Positions 1 through 12,088 of a stretch of DNA of 64,000 nucleotides are shown here, piece by piece. Position 1 is the first letter of the stretch, and each line of letters starts with the position of its first letter. The DNA comes from Mobula hypostoma (taxonomy: Eukaryota): positions 7,068,001-7,132,000 of the forward strand of contig NC_086098.1 of assembly GCF_963921235.1 (NCBI RefSeq), written 5' to 3'. Both the position numbers and the translations under genes were made by a program. The notes beneath the pieces are model-generated. The model was not told where the DNA came from. It searched no databases and worked only from the letters and a program-made list of their open reading frames with translations.

Positions 1-608
1 TACAGATGCGATGGGCTGTCTGCACCACTCTCTGCAGAGTCCTGCGATTGAGGGAAGTACAGTTCCCATACCAGGCAGTGATGCAGCCAGTCAGGATGCT
101 CTCAAATGTGCCTCTATAGAAAGGTCTTAGGCTTTTGGGGCCCACACCAAACTTCTTCAACTGTCTGAGGTGAAAGAGGCGCTGTTGTGCTTTTTTCACT
201 ACACATCCGGTATGTACAGACCATGTGAGGTCCTCAGTGATGTGTATGCCGAGGAATTTAAAGCTGTTCACCCTTTCAACCTCAGATCCATTGATGTCAA
301 TAGGGGTTAGCCTGTCTCCATTCCTCCTGTAGTCCACAACCAGCTCCTTTGTTTTGGTGACATTGAAGGAAAGATTGTTTTCTTGATTCCACTGTGGCAG
401 GGTGATGACTTCTCTGTAGGCTGCCTCGTTATTATTTGAGATAAGGCCAATCAATGTAGTGTCGTCCTCAAATTTAAATAGCAGATTGGAGCTGTAGGTG
501 GCGACACAGTCATGGGTATACAGAGAGTATAGGAGAGGCTTAGGACACAGCCCTGAGGGGCATTTGTGTAGAGGGGCAGAGGCAAGGAGCCCACTCTGAC
601 CACCTGCT
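1..608 (-). mobile_element. Rex1/Babar-like LINE RT fragment (runs off the window)
   Basis: Reverse strand gives degenerate PQGCVLS, LYTHDC, KFEDDT and KAQQRLFHLRQLKKFG motifs. Confidence 0.75.
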
Positions 609-1589
609 ATGTCATATGGCGTGGGCGATTATGGTCTTTCCGCGACCATGATTGTTCTTGGCAATAATACATAGTACTCTAATTATGTATATGTACCTGA
701 GACTTTTGTAAAGTACTGTGTACATATTTCTTATTGTAATTTTATAGTTTTTTATTGTGTAGCACTGTACTGCTGCCACAAAACAACAAATTTCATGACA
801 TACGTGAGTGATGAACCTGATTCTGTTTCTGATTCTAATGAATAAATCACTGGGAATATCCAAATTACAAAGAAAGAGATTGGTAAGAAATAGTTAGAGA
901 TTGGTTAATTCCGGTTTTCAAACAAGCATAATTGACCCCTGCTGAGGTTCTCATTACTTCATCCTCATGGACACCATCAGTTGCCCAGCAGTTAAGTAGA
1001 TTAATGGTATAATTTTATAATCTAGCCTCAAGTGCGATCTTTACCTGTGCTTTGGGGGCCATTCCACTTGGGACTGCGAGAGCACTTAACATTGAATTGA
1101 TGCCTTCCTTTCTAGTATTTCAGAGCACTTATGCATAGACATTTTATTGACTTTCCAATCAGGTTAGATGTTTTCTTGATGAGATTACGTCGGTGTAATT
1201 GCTTTGTTTATGATAAGTTCCGGACTTCATTAGTCCTGAACAATCATTGTCTGCCTTGAATCAAGTTCAAGTCCATTGTCACTCAGCTGAATACACGTAT
1301 ACCACCAAACAAAACAATGTTCCTCCAAACAGTACATACACACAACACATCAATTAAAATTAAAAGTAAATTAACAAATAATACAGTGCAGCTACAACAC
1401 ATGTTAAAAAGTAAATAGGAAAATGCTACTTGCGCTTCATAGATGATGAGACCTGGGTAGTGGCAGGGAGTTCAACGGTCTTATAGCCGGAGGAAGAAGC
1501 TAAGCAAGGAACTGGGATTTTAAGAAGTTACTAATGGTGAATAGTTAGATAAATTCCAACTATCTCCTTCAAAGGATATTGGCACGTCA

Positions 1590-1835
1590 TTCTTTTTTTG
1601 AACTAGGTTCCTAAACTATGGAATTCAAAACCTAAATCTATAAGGGACGCAGTTCAGTTCACACGTTTAAACACCAGCTCAAAATCTATTAATTGAGCCT
1701 TGCTTTTATCTGACATCTTTTTGTCTTTTATTTTCATGTTTATTTTTATTTTTATCTTCATGTTTGTAGTTTATCCCATTGTAAAGTACTGTATGAAAAG
1801 TGCTCTATAAATTAGTTATTATTATTATTATTATT
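1590..1835 (+). mobile_element. L2-like LINE 3' end
   Basis: PKLWNS remnant, cattgtaaag...gaaaagtgctctataaa and (TTA)n tail; homologous to 61255-61460 plus 62900-62985. Confidence 0.6.
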
Positions 1836-3251
1836 TATTTTTTCTCAGCTCAAACTGTTAAAACCTGACGTACGGGCATAGCCATGTATGCTCATTTGTC
1901 AATTACCGCAACTTTCGGACTACACTAGTTGTGTTTAGTATTGTGGCTTTTTAGAGATTTACATAAATATTGCTGTGAAGGCCTGGTTGTTTAACTATTG
2001 TGTAATGCTATTGTGTGGTGCCTTTGGGCTGATACCAGTTGTAGATATTACTATTGGTATTGGGATAATGTATACTTTGTTCATGTTCCAAAGACTTTAA
2101 ATTTCCTTTATATTTTATTACTATTATTATTAAGAGAAACAGCATGCATGATTTGTGTGAAGATCTTTATTATACCAGTGTAAAAGAGGACTTAGTTAAT
2201 TACCTGTGCATTATAAAGATGGAGTTACTGTACTGATAGATAAATTCACTTCAACGCATGAATATGACACTGCTCAAAGATTCTTTCAGCTATAAATAGA
2301 TGCCTGCTACACTGCTGTCAAAGCCCCACAGATCTTTCTGGCATTATTATTTGTCAGTAAAAGTGTCTGCATGGATGCCATCCTTACAGAATTTCCGTAA
2401 TTCACTCTACCACACTTAAAATTAAAGATCCTTAACACCAGAGTATAGATATTATGATTTTTTTTACGTGAATAAGATGGACGATTTATCCTACAAAAAT
2501 ATAATCACAGTCTTGTCAAAATACATTCATTTAAATAAGGGATAGAATCCTAGTGTGCAAAATAATATATAACTTTTTTTGTGTTCTGTTGCATTTATTT
2601 TTCAGGGGATATTTATCAGCTGTTTTTAATCATTTGCTCAATGGAAGTCATGCTCACATTTTGATGTACTGAGATTTTGCTGACCTACTTTTATCCCCTA
2701 CAGGTTACAAGCAGAAAATATATGAAGTTTGGGATAGATCATTTGTAAAATACACTCAGAGCAACATCAGCTTGATTACTTAAACCCGCGGCTGTAGTAT
2801 TCACCCCGAGTTTGTATTTACGGCAGTCTAGGTTGAATGCTCTGACTGAACAAAATGAAAGAGATGAAAAATAACACATTTTGAGCAATCAGTTACAGAT
2901 AAATACAGTGATATAATGAAAAGAGTTTGGTTATACAGGCTAAAATAAATGACTGCGACCTAGAAGAGCTCCTCTTGCCGAGAGTCACTATGTCACTTTA
3001 TTATTTCCTCTCAGAGTTATCCTATCTACAGATAAGACCTCAAGGATGTGTGCTTTGCCCACTGCTCTACTGTCTCTGCAGCTGTGACTGTGTGGCTAGG
3101 CACAGCTCAAATGCCATCTATGAATTTCCCAACAACACAACTGTTGTTGCCAGAATTTCGGATGGTGGTGGGCAGGCATGCAGGAGTCAGATAATGTGTT
3201 GGTTGAATGATGCCTGTAAGGAGACAAATCTCAAGGTTGTATAATATGTGT

Positions 3252-3283
<32 letters not shown>

Positions 3284-3322
3284 ACACACACACACACACA
3301 GACACACACACACACACACACA
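3252..3322. repeat. (CA)n microsatellite
   Basis: ~35 imperfect CA units. Confidence 0.95.
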
Positions 3323-3524
3323 TTTTGATAATAAATGTACCTTGACTTTGAACTTTGCACAACCTTGCACTCAATGCAACTCATTGATCGTGGGCCAGGA
3401 AGGGGAAGTCGAGGGAGCACATACCAGTCCTCATCAAGGCATCAGCAGTGGAAAGGATGAGCAGTTTCGGGTTTCTGGATGTCAACATCCCTGAAGATCT
3501 ATGCTGAGCCCAACATATTGATGC

Positions 3525-4284
3525 TGTCACGTGTCCAGCAACAATGGATATGAAATTCAGTCAGGTTATATAAACAAACAACGATATTTATTAACCTCTA
3601 CTCAACGCATCGAAAAGTAAACGAACGACTAACTTCACCGGAAGTTAACAGTTAGGCGACTGTATCGAACAAACAGTCAAACATATAAACTGTTCTTAAC
3701 AAGTTCTCATCCAAGCACAGACTTAAAGTGGTAAATTCAAAAGTCCATGTGATTTATACAGTCATTAAGGAGAGACGTCCCCGAAACAACGATTTCTTCG
3801 AAGCGGTGACAAATCTGTCGATCTCAGCCGAGAGATGCCTTGTCCAAAGGAATCACGAAGAAATAAAGGAACTGACCTTTTGACTGGAGGGTGGTCACCG
3901 CACAAACCTTCCCGCCCTGGCAGGGGTTTTACTCAAACATGCATGCCACAATTCCCAAACGAAATAAAAAGGTGGAACATTCCCAAGAAGCTGAACGATG
4001 TTAACTTTACCCAATCCTTTGCTCGGATAACTCTCGTAATGTCTTCACTCTCTGATACTGGACTGTAAAGGAAAACAAAGGTGCAACAAACAAAAACTGG
4101 CAGCGATTTGTGAAACTGCTGGCACAACGTTACACTAAAAATAAAAATGAGAACTGCGTCACCGTGGCAGCTTTTTCTTGTATACCGTGCCATCACATGA
4201 CATCACATCACCCCATCATCACAAGACCATTGCATCATTCCAATAGCATGAGACCATTACGTCATGCTCACAAGATGTGTAACA
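3525..4284 (-). mobile_element. Solo LTR, probably Gypsy-type
   Basis: TGTCAC...GTAACA ends; flanks atgc/aagc (4-bp TSD, 1 mismatch); host LINE reads through when it is removed; AATAAA on the minus strand near 3586. Confidence 0.7.
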
Positions 4285-4712
4285 AAGCAATCACAAAGAA
4301 TGCACAGCAATGGCTATATTTCATTAGGAGCTTAAGGGGATTTGGTATGTCACCAACAGCACTCGCAAATTTCTACAAATGTACCATAGGGAGCATCCTA
4401 ACTGGCTGCATCACCATCTGGAATGGAGGGGCCACTGCACAGGATCAGAAGGTTATAAACTCAGCCAGCTCCATCATGGGCACCAGCCTCCCCAGTGTCC
4501 AGGACACCTTCAAAAGGAGATGCACCCAACATTGAGGACCCCATCAGCCAGGACATTCTCTCTTCTCATTGCTACAATCAGAGAGGAGGTACAGGAGCCT
4601 GAAGACCCACACTCAACATTTCAGGAATAACTCTTCTCTCCCCGCCCCCATTAGATTTCTGAACGCACAATAAATCCATGAACACTTCCTCATGATTTTT
4701 TTCCTCTTTTTT

Positions 4713-5270
4713 TAGAAACATCGTAAATAGGTGCAGGAGTAGGCCTTTCGGCCCTTCGAGCCTGCACCGACATTCATTACGATCATGGCTGATCATCCAA
4801 CTCAGAACCCTGTACCTGCCTTCTCTCCATACCCCCTGATCCCTTTAGCCACAAGGGCCTTATCTAACACCCTCTTAAATATAGCCAATGAACTGGCCTC
4901 AACTGTTTCCTGTGGTAGAGAATTCCACAGATTCACCACTCTCTGTGTGAAGAAGTTTTTCCTCATCTCGGTCCTAAAAGGCTTCCCCTTTATCCTCAAA
5001 CTGTGACCCCTCGTTCTGGACTTCCCCAACATCGGGAACAATCTTCCTGCATCTAGCCTGTCCAATCCCTTTAGGATTTTATATGTTTCAATAAGATCCC
5101 CCCTCAATCTTCTAAATTCCAGAGTGTATAAGCCTAGTTGATCCAGTCTTTCATCATATGAAAGTCCTGCCATCCCAGGAATCAATCTGGTGAACCTTCT
5201 TTGTACTCCCTCTATGGCAAGGATGTCTTTCCTCAGATTAGGGAACCAAAACTGCACACAATACTCCAGG
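4713..5270 (-). mobile_element. CR1 LINE, 5'-truncated, young
   Basis: ORF 4802-5257 is the CR1 ORF2 C-terminus (VQRRFTRLIPG...FFTQRVVNLWNSLP); same family as 41721 and 61465. Confidence 0.92.
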
Positions 5271-5287
5271 TTTTTACTACTTATTTA

Positions 5288-5764
5288 CGAGGGGTGATTG
5301 ATAAGTTCATGGCCTAAGGTAGAAGGAATCAATTTTAGAAAACCTAGCACATTTATTTTTCAACATAGTCCCCTCCTACATTTACACACTTAGTCCAGCA
5401 GTCCTGGAGCATACGGATCTTGGACCTCCAGAAAGTGTCCACAGCAGGGGTGAATGATAGGTTCATGTCCTAAGGTAGAAGGAGATGAGTTATGCAGATC
5501 TCATTACACGCAGATGCAGTTCAATGCTTTGAATGATTATGCAGAAATTATGAATTTAATAATCCATCTCCTTCTACCTCAGTCCACGAACTTATCAATC
5601 ACCCCTGCTGTGCGCAGTTTCTGGAGGTCCAAGATCCGTATGCTCCACGACCGCTGGACTAAGTGTGTAAATGTAGGAAGGGACTATGTTGAAAAGTAAA
5701 TGTGCTAGGTTTTCTAAGATTGACTCCTTCTACCTTAGGCCTCAAACTTATCAATCACCCCTCT
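5288..5764. mobile_element. Palindromic mariner-derived MITE
   Basis: TA TSD on both sides; TIR cgaggggtgattgataagtt; ~200-bp inverted arms carrying a mariner C-terminus remnant (RWTKCVNVGRDYVEK*). Confidence 0.85.
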
Positions 5765-6640
5765 TAATTAGTTTTTGTATGCAGTATATACTTATTGTAG
5801 TTTACAGTTTTTTATTAGTATGTATTGCATTGTACTACTACCTCAAAACAACAGATTTCACAACATATGCCAGTGAAATTAAACCTGATTCTGATTCTGA
5901 TCACAATACTTAGCATTATTTTGTGTACAGTACATACAATCAAATCCATGTAGAGGAACTAATCTGATGTGTATACAGCCACACTCAAACAATCACTTGT
6001 ACATGGTGTTTAGTAGGGTGCTTTGATATTTACAGTCTATTTATTATGTTGTGTTTTGTTTTTATTGTGTTCTTTGGTACGGTGATTTTTTTATGCCACA
6101 CTGGATGCGCGGTGACAATCACTTCATTCTCCTTTCCCCTCGTGTACTGAAGATTGACCATAAACAATCCCGATTCTAAATAGATCAGTTCAACACCACT
6201 TTATTCACTAACTGGAGTGCTTTTATATCTTTCTGGCAATCATTCCCGTTTGAAAATATATATTGAATAGTGTCACTTTGTCTGAGTATTTAGGAATTTC
6301 TGATTGCTGAACATCAAAGCTCAGCTCCCTCTCTCTAGCAGTTAAACAGATCAGTCGGAATGACATGATTATAAGAACAGAAGCTGAAGTGTGGGATTGA
6401 GCAGCCTTGAGTAATATGTGTGCAAAGCTCGCAAACATCATTTTCTTGTTCTCCTGCTCAGCTCCCTCAACATTACAAATCTGAGTGTTTGTTATGAATA
6501 TATTTAAACTACTGGAAGTCTGTTGCTTACCTGAAAAGGACTTGAGGTGTTTATGAACCGGATTTTTTAGCTATGTTTCCCTGCAATATTTAAATGCTAC
6601 CTTGGCTGCACTGATCCCCTGCCCTTCCCGTCCTGGTAAC

Positions 6641-6890
6641 GGGCGGCATGGCAACGCAACGCTTTACTGTACCAACGGCCTGGGTTCAATTCCCGCCGCT
6701 GTCTGTAGGGAGTTTGTACATTCTCCGCGTGACTCCCCACACATGTGCTGGTCGGTAGGTTAACTGGTCATTGTAAACTGTCCCGTGATTAGGCTAGTGT
6801 TAAATCGGGGGATTGCTGGGTGCCGTGGCTCAAAGGACTGGAAGGGTCTATTCTGAGCTGTATTTCAATAAATAAACAAAACAAAATAAA
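6641..6890 (+). mobile_element. tRNA-derived SINE (V-SINE/HE1-like)
   Basis: B-box-like ggttcaattccc, core ggagtttgtacattctcc, CR1-like 3' end and A-rich tail; related copies at ~32510-32762, 36510-36775, 52280-52480 and 52490-52770. Confidence 0.7.
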
Positions 6891-7134
6891 GCGTCATCTT
6901 TCCATAGACGCTGCTAACCTGCGGAGTTCCTCCAGAATTCTGTGTGCGTTGCTCTGGATTTCCGGCATCTGCAGAGTCTATTGTGTTATTAACTGCACTG
7001 AGTCATTTTGACTACTTCCGAGCGTTCACTTGTCTGGAAATTTCTGTTGCCCTCAGTATTTATTCATTTTGATATGCCGGGCTGTTGTCATGTCAGCTAA
7101 TGTTGATCTGAAATCCTTTATATTCTGGTCCTAG

Positions 7135-7243
7135 CCACTGCTGCTTCCACTGAACAAAATCCTGTCATCATCATCGCTGTCGTCGCGGTGGCAGGGACCA
7201 TCATCCTGGTCTTCATGGTCTTTGGCTTCATTATTGGACGAAG
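7135..7243 (+). CDS. EPHA7: EPHA7 exon (transmembrane; ~human exon 8)
   Basis: ctag|CC...GGACGAAG|gtatgg; 109 bp; encodes ATAASTEQNPVIIIAVVAVAGTIILVFMVFGFIIGR(R), the EphA7 TM segment. Confidence 0.96.
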
Positions 7244-7644
7244 GTATGGAACTAAGGAACATGCCGAGCTGGGTCACGCAGCTGAGGGGTACGTGATTGT
7301 GGTATATGCAATTACCGGGCATCCGGTTGTGGGAGAGGGGAGGGTGGAAAGTGTAGAACTGTTGTACAAGCAAAAACAGTGCAGAAAATATGGGATCCTT
7401 AAATCTTAGGCAAATTCACTGCAATTCTGAAAGGGCACGTCCACTAAGGAAGTCACGTATATGACATATGTCCTTGACGCATCACTTCTGTGCCATGATT
7501 TTCACATCTTTTCAATTCAAGTCTAAAGTAATAGCAATTTTACCTTTTTAAACTGATTTCTCCTGCCATTCTGCACAGTTACCACAGGTTGTATCTCAAG
7601 ACTCCCATCTTTGCTTCCCTTTCCTTAATAAGACACCTCCTTTG

Positions 7645-8175
7645 GTTGGGGTCAACCCCTGATGCTGTGTCCTGTCTATACGCAAGCCAGGGCAGTACAA
7701 TACGGAGAACAAGCTGTTAACCATGTCGCAGGCTAACCCACTCCACACAGCTGATAAACTCAAAGCAACAGTAGAGACTGGCACAGTTCAGCACCAGCAG
7801 CATCTCAGGAGTTGCCAGGCAGTGTTGAACTAACGTAGGACTGCCTTAGGGACTCCAGCTCTGTTTTTTTTTCCCTCTGGACTTACACCCAAAGTCCTTA
7901 TAGTTTGGGATCAGACATTTCCTTCTCCTGGAAGAGCTGCCCACCACGGCTGATGAGCCCCATTTGCCCAATATGACTGGCTTTAAGGCTCCAGTAACCC
8001 ACCTTTTCCCCTTTTCCTGTCAGTAGAAACAGTTCCGTCAGGCGTAGTAGCTAGGCCACACGTGAAGGCCGGGAGCTGGGCTTGGTTGTCAGAGGCGAAT
8101 GCCATTGGGAGCATTTAATAAGTAGTGGGAGCTTGTCCCCATTACCACCCCCAGCTATAACAACCTTAAGGAATC
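7645..8175 (-). mobile_element. RTE-derived non-autonomous element
   Basis: Non-coding; resembles RTE-clade UTR sequence as I recall it; 7685-7810 is homologous to the body of the SINE at 42500-42640. Confidence 0.5.
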
Positions 8176-9844
8176 TTCCCTCAGTAACCCTTGTATAATC
8201 CCTTTATATTATATTGTAACATCTGCAATCATAGAGTCACATTCCACACCAAGTCTAAACCCACCCTGCTATATTTATAATGTTCCAGCTTTGGGAGATA
8301 CCTTGTCTGTCAGGTGCCACAGAGAGTTGTAGAACACTACAGCATAGAAACAGGTTCTTTAGCTCATCTAGTCCATGCCAAACTAATATTCTGCCAAGCC
8401 TCATTGACCTCCACCTGGACAATAGCCCTCCATATCCCCTCCGTCCATGCACCGATCCAGATTTCTCTTAAATGTTGAAATCGAACCCACATCCACCACT
8501 TCCGCTGAGAGAAGAAGTTCACCCTTATTTTCCCCTTAAATATTTCACCTTTCACCCTTAACCTCGAGTCCTACCCAACCTCGGTGAAAAAAGTCTGAAA
8601 TGGCAGCTTAAATGAAAATCTTTCTTTATTTAACTCTGCATCATAAATCAACTCCTTTAACTAGTAATAAAACTGGAATCGTCCTTCATTGCACATTCAA
8701 TACAAAAGAATCCGCCCCCTGGCCATCACCGACATCTCCATGTCCCTGACATTTGGCTCATCATCTTTCAAACCCTTTGTCTTGGAAGCCATTTGCATTT
8801 CCTTAAAATACCATCTGTAGAACCCACCATGCCTCTGGCTTTCATCCCCTAAACTACTGTTTCCCTTTCTCTCCTGCTTGATGTCCATCTTTCCTCCATG
8901 GTCTGAAGCATTCTGAGATGTTTTCCTTACGTGAGGAGAGCAATAGAAATGTAAGTTGTTATTGTTGTACTTTTCCTTCCTTTTTATGTTCTCTCATTCA
9001 GTGGTAATTGTCTGGTAGAGCACTGGGCGAACAGTGCACGGATAGCAATTGGGATGTCTGGTGTTAGTAACATACCCTTCGAAGAAATATCACTTTTCTT
9101 TCTGAATTGTCAGCATTTACTTCATAAGCGTACTGTACATAGCAAATATGGTAAATTGGTATAAGGACAAATATAAATAATGACTGTCATAGAGTCCGAA
9201 ACCCAGAGAACACTATAGCACAGGAACAAGCTCTTCGGCCTGTCTAGTCCCTGCCAAGCTCATACTCTGCCTAGTCTCATTGACCCGCACTGGGCCATAG
9301 CCCGCCATATCTCTCCTATCCATGTACTTATCCAGACTTCTCTGAAATGTCGACATCCACCCTGCATCCACCAGTTGTACTGGCAGCTAGTTCCACACTC
9401 TCACCACCCTCTGAATAACTTCAAGGATCAAAGTAAAGTTATTATCGAACAACGTGTATGTCACCATATATTACCCTGAGATTCATTTTCTTGTGAACCT
9501 CCCCCTCAGGTTCCCCTTAAGTATTTCACCTTTCAACCTTAACCCATGACCTCTGGCTGTAGTCCCACCCAACCTCAGTGGAACCCTCAAAATTTTGTGT
9601 ATCTCCATCAAATCATTCCTCATTCTTCCATGCTCCAGAGAATAAAGTCCTAGATAACACAGTGATAATACTTCTAACATTAAAGTTATCACTTCCATTA
9701 AAATAGACAAACAAGCTTACTGGAAATAATAATATATTAATATCTTATCAGAATTGATTGATCCAATCTCCATCCAAGTTCCATAGTTATCTGCAGCAAA
9801 TAAGCCCAACCTGAGTGCTGTTCCCAACTTAAGGCTGTAAGTAA

Positions 9845-10570
9845 CTGTAAGACCATAAAACATACGAGCAGAATTAGGCCCATCAGGTCTGCTCCACTAT
9901 TCCAAAATGGCTGATTTATTATCCCTATCAACCACATTCTCCTGCCTTCTCCCCATAACCTTTGATGCCCTGGCTAATCAAGAACCTGTCAAACTCCACT
10001 TTAAATATACCTAATGACTGGGCCTCCACAGGTGTCCGTGGCAATGAATTTCACAGATTCACTAACCTCCGACTAAAGATATTCCTTCTCATCTCTGTTC
10101 TAAAGGAGCGTTCTTGTATTCGTTGGCTGTGCCTCCTGTCCTAGATTTGTCCACTATTGGAAACATCCTGTCAAATTTCACTCTTGCAAGGCCTTTTAAT
10201 ATTCAATAGGCTGCATGAAATCCCACCTCATTCTTCTAAACTCCAGAAAGTACAGGCCCAGAGCCATCAAACCCTCCTCATATGTTAACTCTTTCATCCC
10301 CAGGTTCATTCTCTTGAACCTCTTCTGGACCCTCTCCAATACCAGCACATCCTTACTTAGATACGGGGCCCAAAACTGCTCACTGTACTCCAAGTGCGGT
10401 CTGACCAGTGCCTTATGAAGCCTCAGCATTACATCCTTGCTTTTATACTCTAGTCCCCTTAAAATGAATGCTAACATTGCATTTGCCTTCCTCACCACAG
10501 ACTCAACCTGGAATCTTTAGAGAATCCTACACAAGATTACCCAAGCCCTTTTGCACCGCTGATTTCTGAA
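9845..10570 (-). mobile_element. CR1 LINE 3' fragment
   Basis: ORF 10196-10498 KANAMLAFI...LVRPHLEYSEQFWAPY; 3' UTR and tail at ~9845. Confidence 0.85.
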
Positions 10571-11609
10571 TTTGTTCTTATAAAACTGTCTACACCATTA
10601 AACCATGTGTTCAGGAGAGACCTTGCTGCCAGGTGGCTCAGGGTGTCAATCAGACAGGTTTGAAGGTCCATCAGTTTCGCAGCTGTCTCCTTTCAGCATA
10701 TGCCAGACTAACCTTGTTCAAACCAACTGAAACTGCATGGGAGATATTGGTCTTTGTTATTCAATTTACTTGTTGGTTTAAATTAATGGAATTGTCTTTA
10801 AGTGTATATGAGTGTTCTGTTTTGTAATCTTGTTTAAAATATTTAACATTTTCAAAAATGTGACTTTATTTTTAAATACTGGTTGCAAAGTTTTGTAATA
10901 TTTGTGAAGAATGGAAGTGTTGACAGCTGCTGGGCCTTGGGAGTGGGGAGAGGGTATTGGGGACCACACCAACTGTCAAAGCCATTATATCAGCGCAGCA
11001 GGCCACTTGTCCTGGGCAGCCCTGGTCTTTACCAACGGGAGCTGGCCTCTCAGTCGAGGACAACGCTCTGGACCGTACTGATCCAAAGGGCAGACAGCTC
11101 ATGACCTGGAAGCGAGAAAAGACTTGAAATTTTGTCCCATGTTAGGTTTCATATCAGCAAAGTGCTTGGCTGCCAACAGCAAAAATTATAATTTGGCAAG
11201 TTTTAGAGTCATAGAACAGAACAGATACAGACAGGTCTTACAGCCTTTTTTACTCCAATCTTTAGCCTCGTCCCACTCAAACCATATGGCTCCAACCCCT
11301 TCCTATCCACAAACTTATCCAAACCTCAGCTTGTTCCACACTCTCACCACCCTCTGAGTGAAGAGGATTAAATATTTCACCTTTCACCCTAAACCTATGA
11401 GTTCTAGTTCTAGTCTCAACCAACTTGTAGGGGAGATCCTGTTTGCATTGACCCTGTCTATACCATTCATAGTTTTTTTTATTATTGAGACACAATGCAG
11501 AATCAATCTTAAAGGCTCTTCCAGTCATGTTGCCCAGCAAACCCCAATTTAACCTTAGCCCAATCATGGGACAATCTTTGGACTGTGGGAGGAAACCAGA
11601 GCACCCAGA

Positions 11610-12088
11610 AAAAAACCCACACAGTCACCAGGAGAAACTCACATGGTCACCGGGAAAAACTCACACAATCACCAGGAGAAACCACACAGTCACCGGGAGA
11701 AACCCAGACAGTCACCGGGAGAAACACCACAGACACCGGGAAAAAACCACACAGTCACCGGGAGAAACTCACACAGTCACTGGGAGAAACCCACATGGTC
11801 ACTGGGAAAAACCCACACGGTCACTGGGAGAAACCCGCAGTCACCAGGAGAAACCCGCAGTCGCCAGGAGAAACCCACGGTCACCAGGAGAAACCCCACA
11901 GTCACCGGGAGAAACCCCCACAGTCACCAGGAGAAACCCCCACAGTCACCGGGAAAAACCCCACACTGCCACCAGGAGAAACCCCACAGTCACTGGGAGA
12001 AACCCCACACAGTCACCGGGAGAAACCCCACACAGTCACCAGGAGAAACCCCACAGTCACCGGGAGAAACCACACAGTCACTGGGAAA
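11610..12088. repeat. Minisatellite (~20-22 bp unit cacagtcaccgggagaaacc) inside a minus-strand SINE (~11480-12175)
   Basis: More than 20 tandem units; SINE context gtgggaggaaaccagagcaccc before and gtagaaactgcttacagacagc after. Confidence 0.9.

Larger units (their letters stand above)
3035..5901 (+). mobile_element. Decayed Rex1/Babar-like LINE interrupted by nested insertions
   Basis: PQGCVLCPLLY, YFIRSLRGFG and SILTGCITIWNG motifs; (GATTCT)n tail at ~5887-5901; hosts a solo LTR, a CR1 and a mariner MITE. Confidence 0.75.

Noticed and set aside
3107..3494. CVCV/HTHT-rich ORFs
   Set aside because: Translations of the (CA)n microsatellite
7188..7409. ORF-track proteins overlapping EPHA7 exons (also 24127, 33100, 36906, 42813, 51850)
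   Set aside because: Exons plus intronic read-through, not independent genes
8030..8175. Possible HDV-like ribozyme at the 5' end of the RTE-related elements (also 62990-63200)
   Set aside because: Could not assemble P1.1/P3/L3/J4-2 by eye; needs a structural descriptor search
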